Assembly (NCBI GenBank): GCA_963707505.1
Contig: CAVPQB010000005.1
Span: 1 to 64,000, forward strand
Reading direction: 5' to 3'
DNA: 64,000 nt
From: an uncultured Gemmatimonadales bacterium
GTDB lineage: Bacteria > Gemmatimonadota > Gemmatimonadetes > Gemmatimonadales > Gemmatimonadaceae
Position numbers and translations under genes: made by a program. The notes under the pieces were generated by a model that worked only from the letters and a program-made list of their open reading frames with translations, was not told the origin of the DNA and did no database searches. Shown piece after piece: positions 44,342 through 56,924 of this stretch (positions within the stretch are counted from its first letter, which is position 1; every line of letters starts with the position of its first letter).

Positions 44342-45611
44342 CAGTCCTCGATCCAGTCAGGGGCGAATGTCTCGCGGCGCGTAAGATCAGCGTCGGACTC
44401 TCGCTCGGTGATTACCGCAAATCGATTCCCATCCACAAGCACTTCGGCTGGCCGTGGCCGCGAATTGTAGTTCGACGCCATCGAGTAGCCGTAAGCACCG
44501 GTCGCGCGCAACACGAGCAGCTCGCCTGGCGCTACATCGGCAATCAGCCGATTGTTCGCGAAGAAGTCACCGCTCTCGCAAACGGGGCCGACGATATTCG
44601 CGCGCAGCGTCGGCTCTGCGCCGCTCGACGCGGAGTCGATCGCGTGGTGCGACGCATACAGCGACGGCCGAATGAAATCATTCATGCCGGCGTCGGTGAT
44701 GACGATCTCCTTTCCGCCGCTGTGCTTGCGGTACAGCACCCGTGTCACGAGCACACCCGACTCGGCCACCAGGAACCGGCCCGGCTCGATGAGTATCGCC
44801 ACACCCGGTTCCGCCGCGGCGATTCGCAGCGCGTCGGCGTACGCACCAAGATTGAGTGACGAGCCGTCGTCGTCAGTCACTCCGAGGCCGCCCCCGAGAT
44901 CCAGTGTGGTGAGCGTTGCAAGATTTTCGCCTTCGATCTCGCGCTTGAGCTGCACGAGCGCCTTCGCGGCGAGCGCATACGGCGTTGCATCGCCGATCTG
45001 AGAGCCGAGGTGGGAGGCGAGACCGATCAACTCAACGTTCGTCATGTGCGACATCGCACGTGCAACGGCGATGATCCGATCCAGCGGAATTCCGAATTTC
45101 ATCCCACGCTCGCCGGTGCGCGTGTACGGATGCGGCGTGTCCACGGCAACGTCGGGGTTTACACGCAGAACTACCGGAGCGACGACGCCGATCCGTTGCG
45201 CGACATCCTGCAGCACCGCAAGCTCACCTTCCGATTCGACGTTGATGCTGCGCACGCCGGCCCGCACTGCGCGCTCCAATTCTGCAGGTGTCTTGCCGAC
45301 GCCGCTGAATACGATGTCCGAGCCAGCGAATCCGGCCTCGAGCGCGCGATGCAGCTCGCCGCCGGATACGATGTCGACGCCAGCGCCGAGTGATCGCAGC
45401 AGCGCCAGAATCGCGAGACTGGAATTCGCCTTTACGCTGTAGTGGACATGGACGGGCAGGCCTTCGACTGCGGTCGCCAGTCGTTGATACTGGTTGCGAA
45501 TCGTGTTCGCGCTGTACACGTATACCGGAGTTCCAACGCGGTCCGCTATCGTGTCCAGCGCAACGCCATCGCAGAGCAGCGCACCATCGCGCCGTGCATA
45601 ACCGGTTGTCA

Positions 45612-45612
<1 letters not shown>
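44341..45612 (-). CDS. lysA: Diaminopimelate decarboxylase
   Basis: GTPVYVYS, YSVKAN, DIVSGGE, KFG, HLGSQ, EPGR, GPVCESGD, MASNYN; TGATG overlap with proS. Confidence 0.96.
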
Positions 45613-48344
<2,732 letters not shown>

Positions 48345-48429
48345 CGTCCAAACCTATTCGGTCGGAGAGTCGCGGGCTACCACCCGCGCCCGGGAATCAC
48401 GGGCACGTCCCACGTGAAATACGCCCGGA

Positions 48430-49737
48430 TCAGTCGCGCGCGCCGCGCCAAGCCGGAGCTGCAGGGTCGATCCCGAGTACCGTCATCGCGTCTCCCACCG
48501 TGTGAAATGATCCACAGACGACCTTGGTACCGGGCATCGAAGCGGCACGCTCCATCGCCACACCGAAGTCGAGGTCGAGCGAGACCGGGACCTTGCACGC
48601 GTTCGCGTGCGCCGCCGCGGGCAGCGGGTCCCACGCACGCTCCGGCGGCGCGCTTGGAGGATTGGTAATTATGAAATGGTTTGCAACCGGTGCCAGCGCT
48701 TCGATCATGCCGTACCAGTCCTTGTCCTTGAGAACGCCGAGAACGATCGTCACCGGAGGCGGCGTCGGACGCGCCGCCAGAGTTTCCGCGAGTGCCCGCG
48801 CACCTGAGGCGTTGTGCGCCACGTCGAAGATCCAGTCTCTGACGCGCTGAAACCGCCCCGGGAGACTGACCGAGGACAGCGCGCGATTGATGTTCTCCTT
48901 CCTGATCGCGTACTCCGGACCGGCGGCGTGAATCGTCGCGAGCGCCGTCAGCGTGTTGCGAACCTGATGCTCGCCCAGCAATGGGGTGGAAAGCCGAGTC
49001 CGTCCGAGCGGTGTCGCCGCGGTGAACGACGTCATACCGCCAGCAAGCGAGACAGACCACGCACGCCAGTCGGACCGCACGATCGATATCGGAGTCGCTC
49101 CGCGCTCCGCGGCTCGCTCAGCGAGCCTCTTGGCCAGATCCAGCCGTGGCTCGCCGATAACCGCCGGCCGGCCGAACTTGAAGATTCCGCCCTTCTCGTC
49201 CGCAATCGCCTGTAGCGTGTTGCCCAGATACTCCGTGTGGTCCAGCGAGATATTCGTGACGGTGGCGACGACCGGGTCCAGCACGTTGGTGCTGTCGAGA
49301 GCACCTCCCAGACCCGTCTCGATCGCCGCGACGTCCACCATCGCTTCTGCGAAGTACAACATCGCCGCAACCGTGGTTATCTCGAAAAAAGTGGCGTCCA
49401 GCGACTCTGCGATCGGCTCGATCCGGCGCAGCAGCTCCAGAAGCGTCTCTTCCGGGATCGGTACGCCATCGATCGCGATCCGCTCACGAAAGTCCACGAT
49501 ATGCGGCGACGTGTACCTTCCTACGCGTCTGCCCCCGAACCTGAGTAGCGCATCCAGGGTCGCAACCGTGCTTCCCTTGCCATTTGTTCCGGCGACGTGA
49601 AAGGAAGGGTACTTCCGGTGCGGATCGCCCAGCGCGTCAAGCAGTTTTTCGGTCCGCTCGAGTCCGGGAACTATCTTCGATCCGGTCTTTTCGAACAACC
49701 GTTCGATAGTCTTCCGGTACGTCAGGTCGAGAGCCAT
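48430..49737 (-). CDS. folC: Folylpolyglutamate/dihydrofolate synthase
   Basis: HVAGTNGKGS, YTSPH..FRERI, TFFE, ETGLGG.LDSTNV, DHTEYLG, PGRFQ, DVAHN. Confidence 0.96.
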   Translation of the reverse strand: MALDLTYRKTIERLFEKTGSKIVPGLERTEKLLDALGDPHRKYPSFHVAGTNGKGSTVATLDALLRFGGRRVGRYTSPHIVDFRERIAIDGVPIPEETLLELLRRIEPIAESLDATFFEITTVAAMLYFAEAMVDVAAIETGLGGALDSTNVLDPVVATVTNISLDHTEYLGNTLQAIADEKGGIFKFGRPAVIGEPRLDLAKRLAERAAERGATPISIVRSDWRAWSVSLAGGMTSFTAATPLGRTRLSTPLLGEHQVRNTLTALATIHAAGPEYAIRKENINRALSSVSLPGRFQRVRDWIFDVAHNASGARALAETLAARPTPPPVTIVLGVLKDKDWYGMIEALAPVANHFIITNPPSAPPERAWDPLPAAAHANACKVPVSLDLDFGVAMERAASMPGTKVVCGSFHTVGDAMTVLGIDPAAPAWRGARD

Positions 49738-50585
49738 CCAGTCGCCGCCGGCTTGCCGCTCATGTGTCGTAAAAGCCGACCGACGGTTGGCTTTAGCTCG
49801 TGACGCGGAACCACAATGTCGACAATTCCGTGCTCCAGCAGGAACTCGGCGGTCTGAAAGCCTTCCGGTAGATCCTGCCCGATGGTCTGCTTGATCACGC
49901 GCGGGCCCGCGAAGCCCACTACCGCCCCCGGCTCCGCGATTATCGCATCTCCGAGCATGGCAAAGCTGGCGCTCACGCCGCCGGTCGTCGGGTTGGTCAG
50001 CAGCGATACGTACGGCACCCGCCGCTCGGCAAGCTGCGAAAGCATCGCGGACGCCTTGGCCATCTGCATCAGCGACAGGACGCCCTCCTGCATTCGCGCG
50101 CCGCCCGATGCGCAGACGATGACCAGCGGGTGCTTTTTCTCCAGCGACCGTTGACCCAGGCGGGCGATCTTCTCGCCGACGACCGATCCCATCGAGCCGC
50201 CCATGAAGGCGAAGTCCATGATGCCGAGGCTGATGGGCGAGCCACCCAGCTGGCCGGTCAGGGTGAGAATTGCGTCGCCTTCGCCGGCATTGGCGGTCGC
50301 CTTCTTGAGGCGTTGAGTGTACTCGGGGAAGCCCAGTGGATCGGCCGATCTGATCTCGACCTCGGTCTCCTCCGCCGTCCCCTCATCGAGGAATATGTTG
50401 GCGTAGTCCCACGCGCGAATCCTGCGGTGATAGCCGCAGTTTGGACAAACGTTGAGATTCCGGACGAATTTCTCAGTGATGTCGGTGTAGCCACACGATT
50501 CGCATTTTTCCCAGGCGTCCGCCGGAATCTCCAGTCGTTCGCGCCGCGGACTGCGGGGCTTCTTGTCCTTCCTGAACCAAGCCAT
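49722..50585 (-). CDS. accD: Acetyl-CoA carboxylase carboxyltransferase beta subunit
   Basis: WEKCESC..CPNC zinc finger, FMGGSMG, SGGARMQE, PTTGGVSAS, GFAGPRVI. Confidence 0.97.
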   Translation of the reverse strand: MAWFRKDKKPRSPRRERLEIPADAWEKCESCGYTDITEKFVRNLNVCPNCGYHRRIRAWDYANIFLDEGTAEETEVEIRSADPLGFPEYTQRLKKATANAGEGDAILTLTGQLGGSPISLGIMDFAFMGGSMGSVVGEKIARLGQRSLEKKHPLVIVCASGGARMQEGVLSLMQMAKASAMLSQLAERRVPYVSLLTNPTTGGVSASFAMLGDAIIAEPGAVVGFAGPRVIKQTIGQDLPEGFQTAEFLLEHGIVDIVVPRHELKPTVGRLLRHMSGKPAATGWLST

Positions 50586-50685
50586 ATACCTCTAATGTCA
50601 CCCGGCACCCTATGCTGGGCAAGGAGTTGCGGAACAGGCGTCCGGTAACCAGCCAGATCCCGTGGCCGGAAAAGACGCCCGCCAG

Positions 50686-52536
50686 CTATTCCGGAGATGC
50701 AACCGGAGTCGGGGCAGCGACCGCGTCGGAAGCCGCCAACTGATCCTTGAGACGTTGCGCTGAGGCCTTCGTGAAGCCGGGAAGCGCGGCAATATCGTCG
50801 GTCGATGCATCGCGCACCCCCTGAACACTTCCGAAGACCCGAATCAACTGCCGTCGCTTGACGGGACCGACACCGGGGATCGAAAGCAGCTCCGATGTCA
50901 CGGTTCGCATGCTGCGACGCTTCCGATTGAACGTCACCGCGAATCTGTGCGCTTCGTCCCGAATCTGTTGCAGCAAGCGCAGCGCCGGTGAGCGGCGCGA
51001 AAGCCTGAGCGGCTCCGCTCTGCCCCACACGAAGATCTCTTCTTCACGCTTCGCCAGGCTGATCAGCGGGCGGTCACCAAGTCCGATGGAATCAAGTGCT
51101 TCGTGCGCTGCGGAGAGCTGTCCCTTCCCGCCATCGATCACGATGAGATCGGGAAGTTGCTTCCCATCTTCCTTGCGACGGTTGAAGTACCGTGTGACGA
51201 CTTCGTTCATCGAAGCGAAGTCGTCAGTTCCAACGACCGTCTTTACCTTGAACTTGCGATACTCGCCGCGCCTGGCCCGACCATTCTCGAAGAAGACGCA
51301 GGAGCCGACGGTGTCGGTTCCCTGCGCTGTCGAGATGTCGAAACACACCATGGTACGCGGCAGCTTCTGCAGCGACAGCTCTCGCGCGAGCTCGTATACC
51401 GGCTCACCGGCGCGCACGTCCGACTCCGCCGAGGCGAGTTTCAACTCTTCCAGGAGATGACGTGCATTCTGCTCCGCCAGCTCCACAAGCTCGCGCCGAA
51501 CACCGCGCTGCGGAATGTGTATGCGCTCGCCCGGCAACGATTCCTCGATCAGCTCCCGGTCGGGAAAATCAAATGGAAGCACGAGCTCCGACGCGTGCTC
51601 AGGCATGGCGATGTAACTGCCAGCGAGGAATAACCGCAACACGTCCGCATCATCCTCGCCATCCACGTTCTCCATGAAGCGGTGCTCGCGCGCGAGCAGC
51701 TTCCCCTCTCTTATGCGCAGCAGCGCGATTACTGCATCGTCGCCATCGCGCGCGTAGCCGATGACGTCGCGATCACCGCCTTCCACGCGCAGGACGACTG
51801 TCGGCTCCTCCATGCGTTCCAGATGCATCAACACGTCACGCAGCTCCGCGGCACGCTCGAAATCCAGGCTCGACGCCGCGAGGTCCATTCGCTCTCGCAC
51901 TCGGCGCACCACTTCGTCGGAGCGGCCTTCCAGAAACAGCAACACCTCGTCTATCATCGCTGCGTATTCCGGCTGCGTCTGCTTGAACACGCAGGGCGCC
52001 TTGCAACGCTGGATGAAGTAGTCGAGACACGGCCGCTCCGGCATCTCGCGCGGCATGTCGTAGTTGCACGAGCGCACGGTGAAGATGCGCTTCACCACAT
52101 TGAGCGAGCGACGCATCGCGCCGACGTCCGTGTACGGCCCGAAATACTTGGCCCCGTCGTTCGTAACCAGTCGCGTGACGAACACGCGCGCGAAGGGCTC
52201 GTTCACGGTGACCTTGATGTACGGATACGATTTGTCATCCCGGAGCGCAATGTTGAACTTGGGATGATATTCCTTGATCAGGTTCGCCTCGAGCACGAGC
52301 GCGTGCGCTTCCGTCGGGACGACGATCGTCTCGAGGTCGGCGATATTGCGCACCAGATGCTGCGTCTTGAGACTGAAGGGATGGTCGCTCGCGAAGTAGC
52401 TGCGCACGCGCGAGCGCAGCCGCTTTGCCTTCCCCACGTACAACACCGCTCCGTCGGCGCCCTTCCACAGATACACGCCGGGGCCGTCCGGAAGATGCTG
52501 AAGCTTCTGTGCTACCGTTTCGGGAACCGTCACCAT
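50686..52536 (-). CDS. uvrC: Excinuclease ABC subunit C
   Basis: PGVY..LYVGKAK (GIY-YIG), FERAAELRD, FDIS, DDFASM, IDGGKGQL, RDEAHRFA, HhH. Confidence 0.98.
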   Translation of the reverse strand: MVTVPETVAQKLQHLPDGPGVYLWKGADGAVLYVGKAKRLRSRVRSYFASDHPFSLKTQHLVRNIADLETIVVPTEAHALVLEANLIKEYHPKFNIALRDDKSYPYIKVTVNEPFARVFVTRLVTNDGAKYFGPYTDVGAMRRSLNVVKRIFTVRSCNYDMPREMPERPCLDYFIQRCKAPCVFKQTQPEYAAMIDEVLLFLEGRSDEVVRRVRERMDLAASSLDFERAAELRDVLMHLERMEEPTVVLRVEGGDRDVIGYARDGDDAVIALLRIREGKLLAREHRFMENVDGEDDADVLRLFLAGSYIAMPEHASELVLPFDFPDRELIEESLPGERIHIPQRGVRRELVELAEQNARHLLEELKLASAESDVRAGEPVYELARELSLQKLPRTMVCFDISTAQGTDTVGSCVFFENGRARRGEYRKFKVKTVVGTDDFASMNEVVTRYFNRRKEDGKQLPDLIVIDGGKGQLSAAHEALDSIGLGDRPLISLAKREEEIFVWGRAEPLRLSRRSPALRLLQQIRDEAHRFAVTFNRKRRSMRTVTSELLSIPGVGPVKRRQLIRVFGSVQGVRDASTDDIAALPGFTKASAQRLKDQLAASDAVAAPTPVASPE

Positions 52537-52542
52537 CGAAAG

Positions 52543-54198
52543 TTATACGCCTGAGCGCCGCCGCAGTTTCGACGCCAGCATCGACGCTTCGGGAATGCGA
52601 AGAGCGACCGTAAATACTGCGTACCCGATCGCAAACGCCGAGAGCGAGATCGCAGCCAGCACCAGCGGGCGCGATGTCGGTACCACGAACCGGCCAAGCG
52701 TGCCGAGCGCCGCTGCGCCGAGGCCGGCGATCCAGAGCTTCACGACGTAACGCACAGAGAGCCCGGTCCGTCCAATGCGCTTCGTAAGGCCACGTCGCAG
52801 CAGAATGAATTCCACCCAGCCCGCGATGCCCGCCGACGCGGTGAGACCGGCCGCGCCGAGCTTGGGATCCAGACCGAGCCAGCCCGGAAGCTGAAACGCG
52901 AAGATGACGCCCAGCACAGTCGTGAGCGCGATTCGGATGATCGCGAACTTGAGTGGCGTCTTTGTGTCGCGGAGTGCGTAGTACGTCGAAGAATCGAGCC
53001 GTCCGAGCGTGGATGCGAGCAATCCGACGGTCGAACCGATGAGAATCTCCCACACCCACACCGTGTTGGCGCGCTTGAATGCACCCGTCTGGAGGAACGC
53101 GCCAGTCACGATGTCGCCCAGCGCAAGGAATCCGATCACGCATGGCACGATGAAAAAGGCGATGCGCTCCATGCCGGCATTGAGGCGCACGCGAAGCTGT
53201 GCCGCGATCTCTTCCGGCGTGCCAAGTGCGCTGGACATCGCCGGTAGCTCCGCCGCGGACACCGACATTCCGAACAGGCTTCCCGGAAGTATGTACAGAG
53301 TTTGCGCGTATGCCAGCGACGAAACGGTTCCGATCGGAAGATGGTATGCGAGCGCGAGATCTATGAATGCGCTGATCTGTACCACGCCGCGGCTGAGAAA
53401 TGCCGACGTGAATTGCCTGAACACACGCCGCACGCCCGGCAAGCCGAATCTGAAATTCGGAACGATACCCGGTGCAACGCGTCGCAGAGTCGGAAGCTGG
53501 ACCAGGAACTGCGCAGCGCTGCCAATTACAGAGGCCCACGCGACCGCCACGACGAGGCCTGAGGCTGTGCGATGGGCGCCGTAGACGATCAGCGCACCGA
53601 TTATCACCGCATTCCACGCCAGCGGCGCCATGTACGACAGCAGGAACTTGCGATGCGCGTTGAGCACGCCCAGGCACCACGCGGAAAATACGAGCAGGCC
53701 AGCACCGGGAAACAGGATCCGGACGAGTGTCGTCGTGAGTGCATCCTCCTCCGGCGTCGCGCCCGTGACGGCGAGCCACTGCATGAACGACGAAGGAAGG
53801 AATCGCGCGAACGGTTGCGCGATGTGACTGAGCGTGCTTCCACCGCCGGCGAGGATCCCAACGAGTTGCGGCGCTGCAAGCACACCGATGAGAACCACCA
53901 GCGAGGCAACCAGCGCCAGCGCCGTAAACACCGCGCCGGCTAACTCGGCCGCTTGACGTTTCTCGCCACGCGCCAGCGTGCCGGCATACTCTGGAATGAA
54001 CGACGCCGAGAGCACGCCTTCTCCGAACAGATTCTGAAGCATGTTCGGAATGCGGAACGCACCCTGAAACGCGTCATTGGCGAGTGACGCACCAAGGTAG
54101 TGCGCAAAGACGCGCTGCCGGATGAGGCCGGCGAGCTTGCTCGCGAAGATACCGGCCCCAACAAGGAACGCTGCCCGTCCGGTCTGCTCCTCAGCCAC
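52543..54198 (-). CDS. murJ: Lipid II flippase MurJ
   Basis: FRIPNMLQNLFGEGVLSASFIP, GVLNAHRKF, QLP, YYALRDTKTP; many TM segments. Confidence 0.95.
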   Translation of the reverse strand: MAEEQTGRAAFLVGAGIFASKLAGLIRQRVFAHYLGASLANDAFQGAFRIPNMLQNLFGEGVLSASFIPEYAGTLARGEKRQAAELAGAVFTALALVASLVVLIGVLAAPQLVGILAGGGSTLSHIAQPFARFLPSSFMQWLAVTGATPEEDALTTTLVRILFPGAGLLVFSAWCLGVLNAHRKFLLSYMAPLAWNAVIIGALIVYGAHRTASGLVVAVAWASVIGSAAQFLVQLPTLRRVAPGIVPNFRFGLPGVRRVFRQFTSAFLSRGVVQISAFIDLALAYHLPIGTVSSLAYAQTLYILPGSLFGMSVSAAELPAMSSALGTPEEIAAQLRVRLNAGMERIAFFIVPCVIGFLALGDIVTGAFLQTGAFKRANTVWVWEILIGSTVGLLASTLGRLDSSTYYALRDTKTPLKFAIIRIALTTVLGVIFAFQLPGWLGLDPKLGAAGLTASAGIAGWVEFILLRRGLTKRIGRTGLSVRYVVKLWIAGLGAAALGTLGRFVVPTSRPLVLAAISLSAFAIGYAVFTVALRIPEASMLASKLRRRSGV

Positions 54199-55732
54199 CG
54201 TGTATCATACTGGCAACATGCAGCCGCGCCTGCTCCCGCGTCGCATCGATCGCCGCGTCTCCATACCGGGCGAGGAACGGAACGAAGCTCAGAACCCGCT
54301 CCTGCGGAGCACCACCCGGAAACAGCGTGGCACGAACGGTTGCGACGTCGCGCAATGTTTCGGAACCAATCTGCTTGATCGCCGCTGCATAGCGACGTTC
54401 CAGCCGCTCGAGCCGATGCTCCACTCCTGCACGCATCGTCCCGACGGACCGCGACAATGCATCATTGGTCTGCGCATCACGGCGCATCGCATCGCTGCTG
54501 GAATCGAGCGCGCGCCGCAGCGATTCGATGGCGCCGCGTACAGGTTCGGAAATCGCCTCACGCGCGACTCGGCTCTCGACCGCATGCGGATCCGCGAAAT
54601 CATCGATGCTCGCGTCAAGCCGCCCGAGCATGTGCTCGACGTGCTCTTCGAGCAGCGTCCCACTCCATCGCGGCGCGATTCTCGGCCGGGCCACTCCGAG
54701 CGCATCCGCGACAGCGGATACCTGCGCAAAATACGCGACCTCGCCCGGGCCACCGACATACGTCACGGTTGGAAGTATTTGTCGCTCGATGATGGGTCGG
54801 AGCAACACATTCGGACCAAGACGGCCGGTATTTCCCGCATCGGCGATCTGCTTCGCCGCGCGGAGCGGAACGCGGCGGCGAGTTCCGTCTTCCAGCGTCT
54901 CAAAAACGAGCGACAGGTTCGGGACGTCGGCTACCTGCGGATGAAACCCCGCACCGGCGATCGCGTTCGTGCGCGCGCGCAGCGACGCGGCAATCTCATC
55001 AGCACGACCGAGGGCGCGAATGATCGTGTCGTGTCCAGCATCGCGTACCGCCTCGTGAGATGCGTCGAGCACCGCGACGCCAAGCGGCTCGAGCAGTGCC
55101 CGCAACAGAGCAACGTAAGCGCTTCCAACTGTAGCGTTGCGGGCATAGGCTCCGCGAACCGCCTCGAGTACGCGCCGATCGGGCGCGGACCCGCAAGCCT
55201 CCTCCAAACGCACGATCTGCTCGGTGACATCGCCGAGCGGCGTACTCGCCATTGAGCGCCCAGACACGGCATCAGCCGGCATGGAGAGCAGCTCGAGCTT
55301 GCCATGACGTACGACCGAGACGTGATTCGCTTCCACCAGATCTGCGTCATCGGTGGCGGCCCAGAACACCGGCGCGACCGGCCGTCCCGTAAGCGACGCG
55401 AGAGCGTCAGCCATCTCGAGAAGTGTCACGGCCTTGTGCAACACGTAAAGCGGACCGCCGAACAATCCCGGCTGCTGTCCTCCGGTCACCACAAAACCGC
55501 CTGATTCGGACGCGGCCCGTAATCGGTCGGCTGCGACTCCCGAAGGAGCGAACGCTGGCAGAAGATCGGCGAGCCACGTACGGTGCAGAAAGTCATCCGC
55601 GATTTGCGATGCCGCAGCGTTCCACGCGTCAATATCGCTCAACTTGTCGCCGTACCACTCCGGCAGCGCGCCAGCGAGCGCATTGCGCGCAAGCGGCGAT
55701 CCGCCGATCGGCCGGGATATCGCGCGTATCAT
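54191..55732 (-). CDS. bshC: Bacillithiol biosynthesis cysteine-adding enzyme BshC
   Basis: TGGQQPGLFGGPLYVLHKA, PVFWAATDDAD, PNVLLRPI..LPTVTYVGGPGEVAYFAQ, PQERV. Confidence 0.88.
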   Translation of the reverse strand: MIRAISRPIGGSPLARNALAGALPEWYGDKLSDIDAWNAAASQIADDFLHRTWLADLLPAFAPSGVAADRLRAASESGGFVVTGGQQPGLFGGPLYVLHKAVTLLEMADALASLTGRPVAPVFWAATDDADLVEANHVSVVRHGKLELLSMPADAVSGRSMASTPLGDVTEQIVRLEEACGSAPDRRVLEAVRGAYARNATVGSAYVALLRALLEPLGVAVLDASHEAVRDAGHDTIIRALGRADEIAASLRARTNAIAGAGFHPQVADVPNLSLVFETLEDGTRRRVPLRAAKQIADAGNTGRLGPNVLLRPIIERQILPTVTYVGGPGEVAYFAQVSAVADALGVARPRIAPRWSGTLLEEHVEHMLGRLDASIDDFADPHAVESRVAREAISEPVRGAIESLRRALDSSSDAMRRDAQTNDALSRSVGTMRAGVEHRLERLERRYAAAIKQIGSETLRDVATVRATLFPGGAPQERVLSFVPFLARYGDAAIDATREQARLHVASMIHGG

Positions 55733-56448
55733 GATCTGTGCGCGAAGAAGATCGCCCTCGCGCTTTCGGTACTCAGCGGCGCACCGGAATAGTCGCCCAG
55801 CTCGTGGTCGACCGAGAACCCGGCATCATGTAGCAGACATCGAAGATCGTCCGGCTCGAACAGCCGCACTCGCTCGAGATACTTACGCGGCGAGCCTGCG
55901 GCGGAAATGTCCTTCTCGACGTAGAGGCCATCGTCGGTGATTCGTCGGTCCTGCGTCACGACGCGGTTGCCGATGCGACGAGTGTCGTGCGGAACTAACG
56001 TCGCACGCACCTGATCCGAGTTGAGATAGTCGAGCACGAATACTCCGTCACGCCCTAAAACGCGATTCACTTCGGACAGCACCAGGCGGTTTTCTTCATC
56101 CGAAGAAAAGTAGCCGAAGCTCGTGAAAAGATTGACGACGAGATCAAAGCTGCCTCCCGCGAACGGCAACACCCTCATGTCGGCCCGGACGTACGGCACT
56201 TCCGGCGCCTCCGATTTCGCCACCTGAAGCAGTTCCGTCGAAAGATCCAGTCCCACCGTCCAGATGTGCTGACACAATGCCCGCGTATGACGCCCCGACC
56301 CGCAAGCCAGGTCCAGCGCACGCGCCGCCGGGTCGGGCGAAACCATGTTTCGTATTAGCCGGACCACCGAACGCGCTTCGCGCTGGTCCCGGTGTGGATA
56401 CAGATCGAGATATTCCTTGCCAAACCACCGGGTGAACCACTCGCTCAT
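55729..56448 (-). CDS. Class I SAM-dependent methyltransferase
   Basis: LDLACGSGRH, GLDLS, ADMR, FDLVVNLFTSFGYF; ATGA overlap with bshC. Confidence 0.9.
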   Translation of the reverse strand: MSEWFTRWFGKEYLDLYPHRDQREARSVVRLIRNMVSPDPAARALDLACGSGRHTRALCQHIWTVGLDLSTELLQVAKSEAPEVPYVRADMRVLPFAGGSFDLVVNLFTSFGYFSSDEENRLVLSEVNRVLGRDGVFVLDYLNSDQVRATLVPHDTRRIGNRVVTQDRRITDDGLYVEKDISAAGSPRKYLERVRLFEPDDLRCLLHDAGFSVDHELGDYSGAPLSTESARAIFFAHRS

Positions 56449-56912
56449 TTATGGTATGGCTCGCCGCGGATGATCGTACCTGCGCGATACAGCTGCTCCG
56501 CGAGCACGAGCCGCGCAAGCTCGTGCGGCAGCGTCCACGGCGCAAGCGACAACCGAATGTTGGCGCCGTCGCGCAGGCTGTCGTCCAGACCGAATGCGCC
56601 GCCAATCATGAAAACAACGTCGCGTGCAGCTTCCCGCTCTCCCTGAACCCACGCGGCAAACCGCTCGGATGACATCGATTGCCCGCTCGCGTCGCATGCA
56701 ACCTTCGTTGCCACATCGCCGACTCGCGCGCGAATGCGGTCTCCCTCGCGAGCGCGCACGCTTGCCGACGTTGTCGCGTGGTCGGCACGTTCTCCCTTCA
56801 CCTCGACCACATCGATTGGCCAGTAGCGCGCCGCTCGGGTCTCATAGTCGAGAATCGCCGCGGCGAGCGCCCTGTCCTTCGGGTGCCCGACCGCGGCGAT
56901 CATTACACGCAC
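56445..56912 (-). CDS. rlmH: 23S rRNA (pseudouridine1915-N3)-methyltransferase
   Basis: FMIGGAFGL, LSLAPWTLPHELARLVLAEQLYRA..I.RGEPYHK. Confidence 0.96.
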   Translation of the reverse strand: MRVMIAAVGHPKDRALAAAILDYETRAARYWPIDVVEVKGERADHATTSASVRAREGDRIRARVGDVATKVACDASGQSMSSERFAAWVQGEREAARDVVFMIGGAFGLDDSLRDGANIRLSLAPWTLPHELARLVLAEQLYRAGTIIRGEPYHK

Positions 56913-56924
56913 TCGTACGGAACG

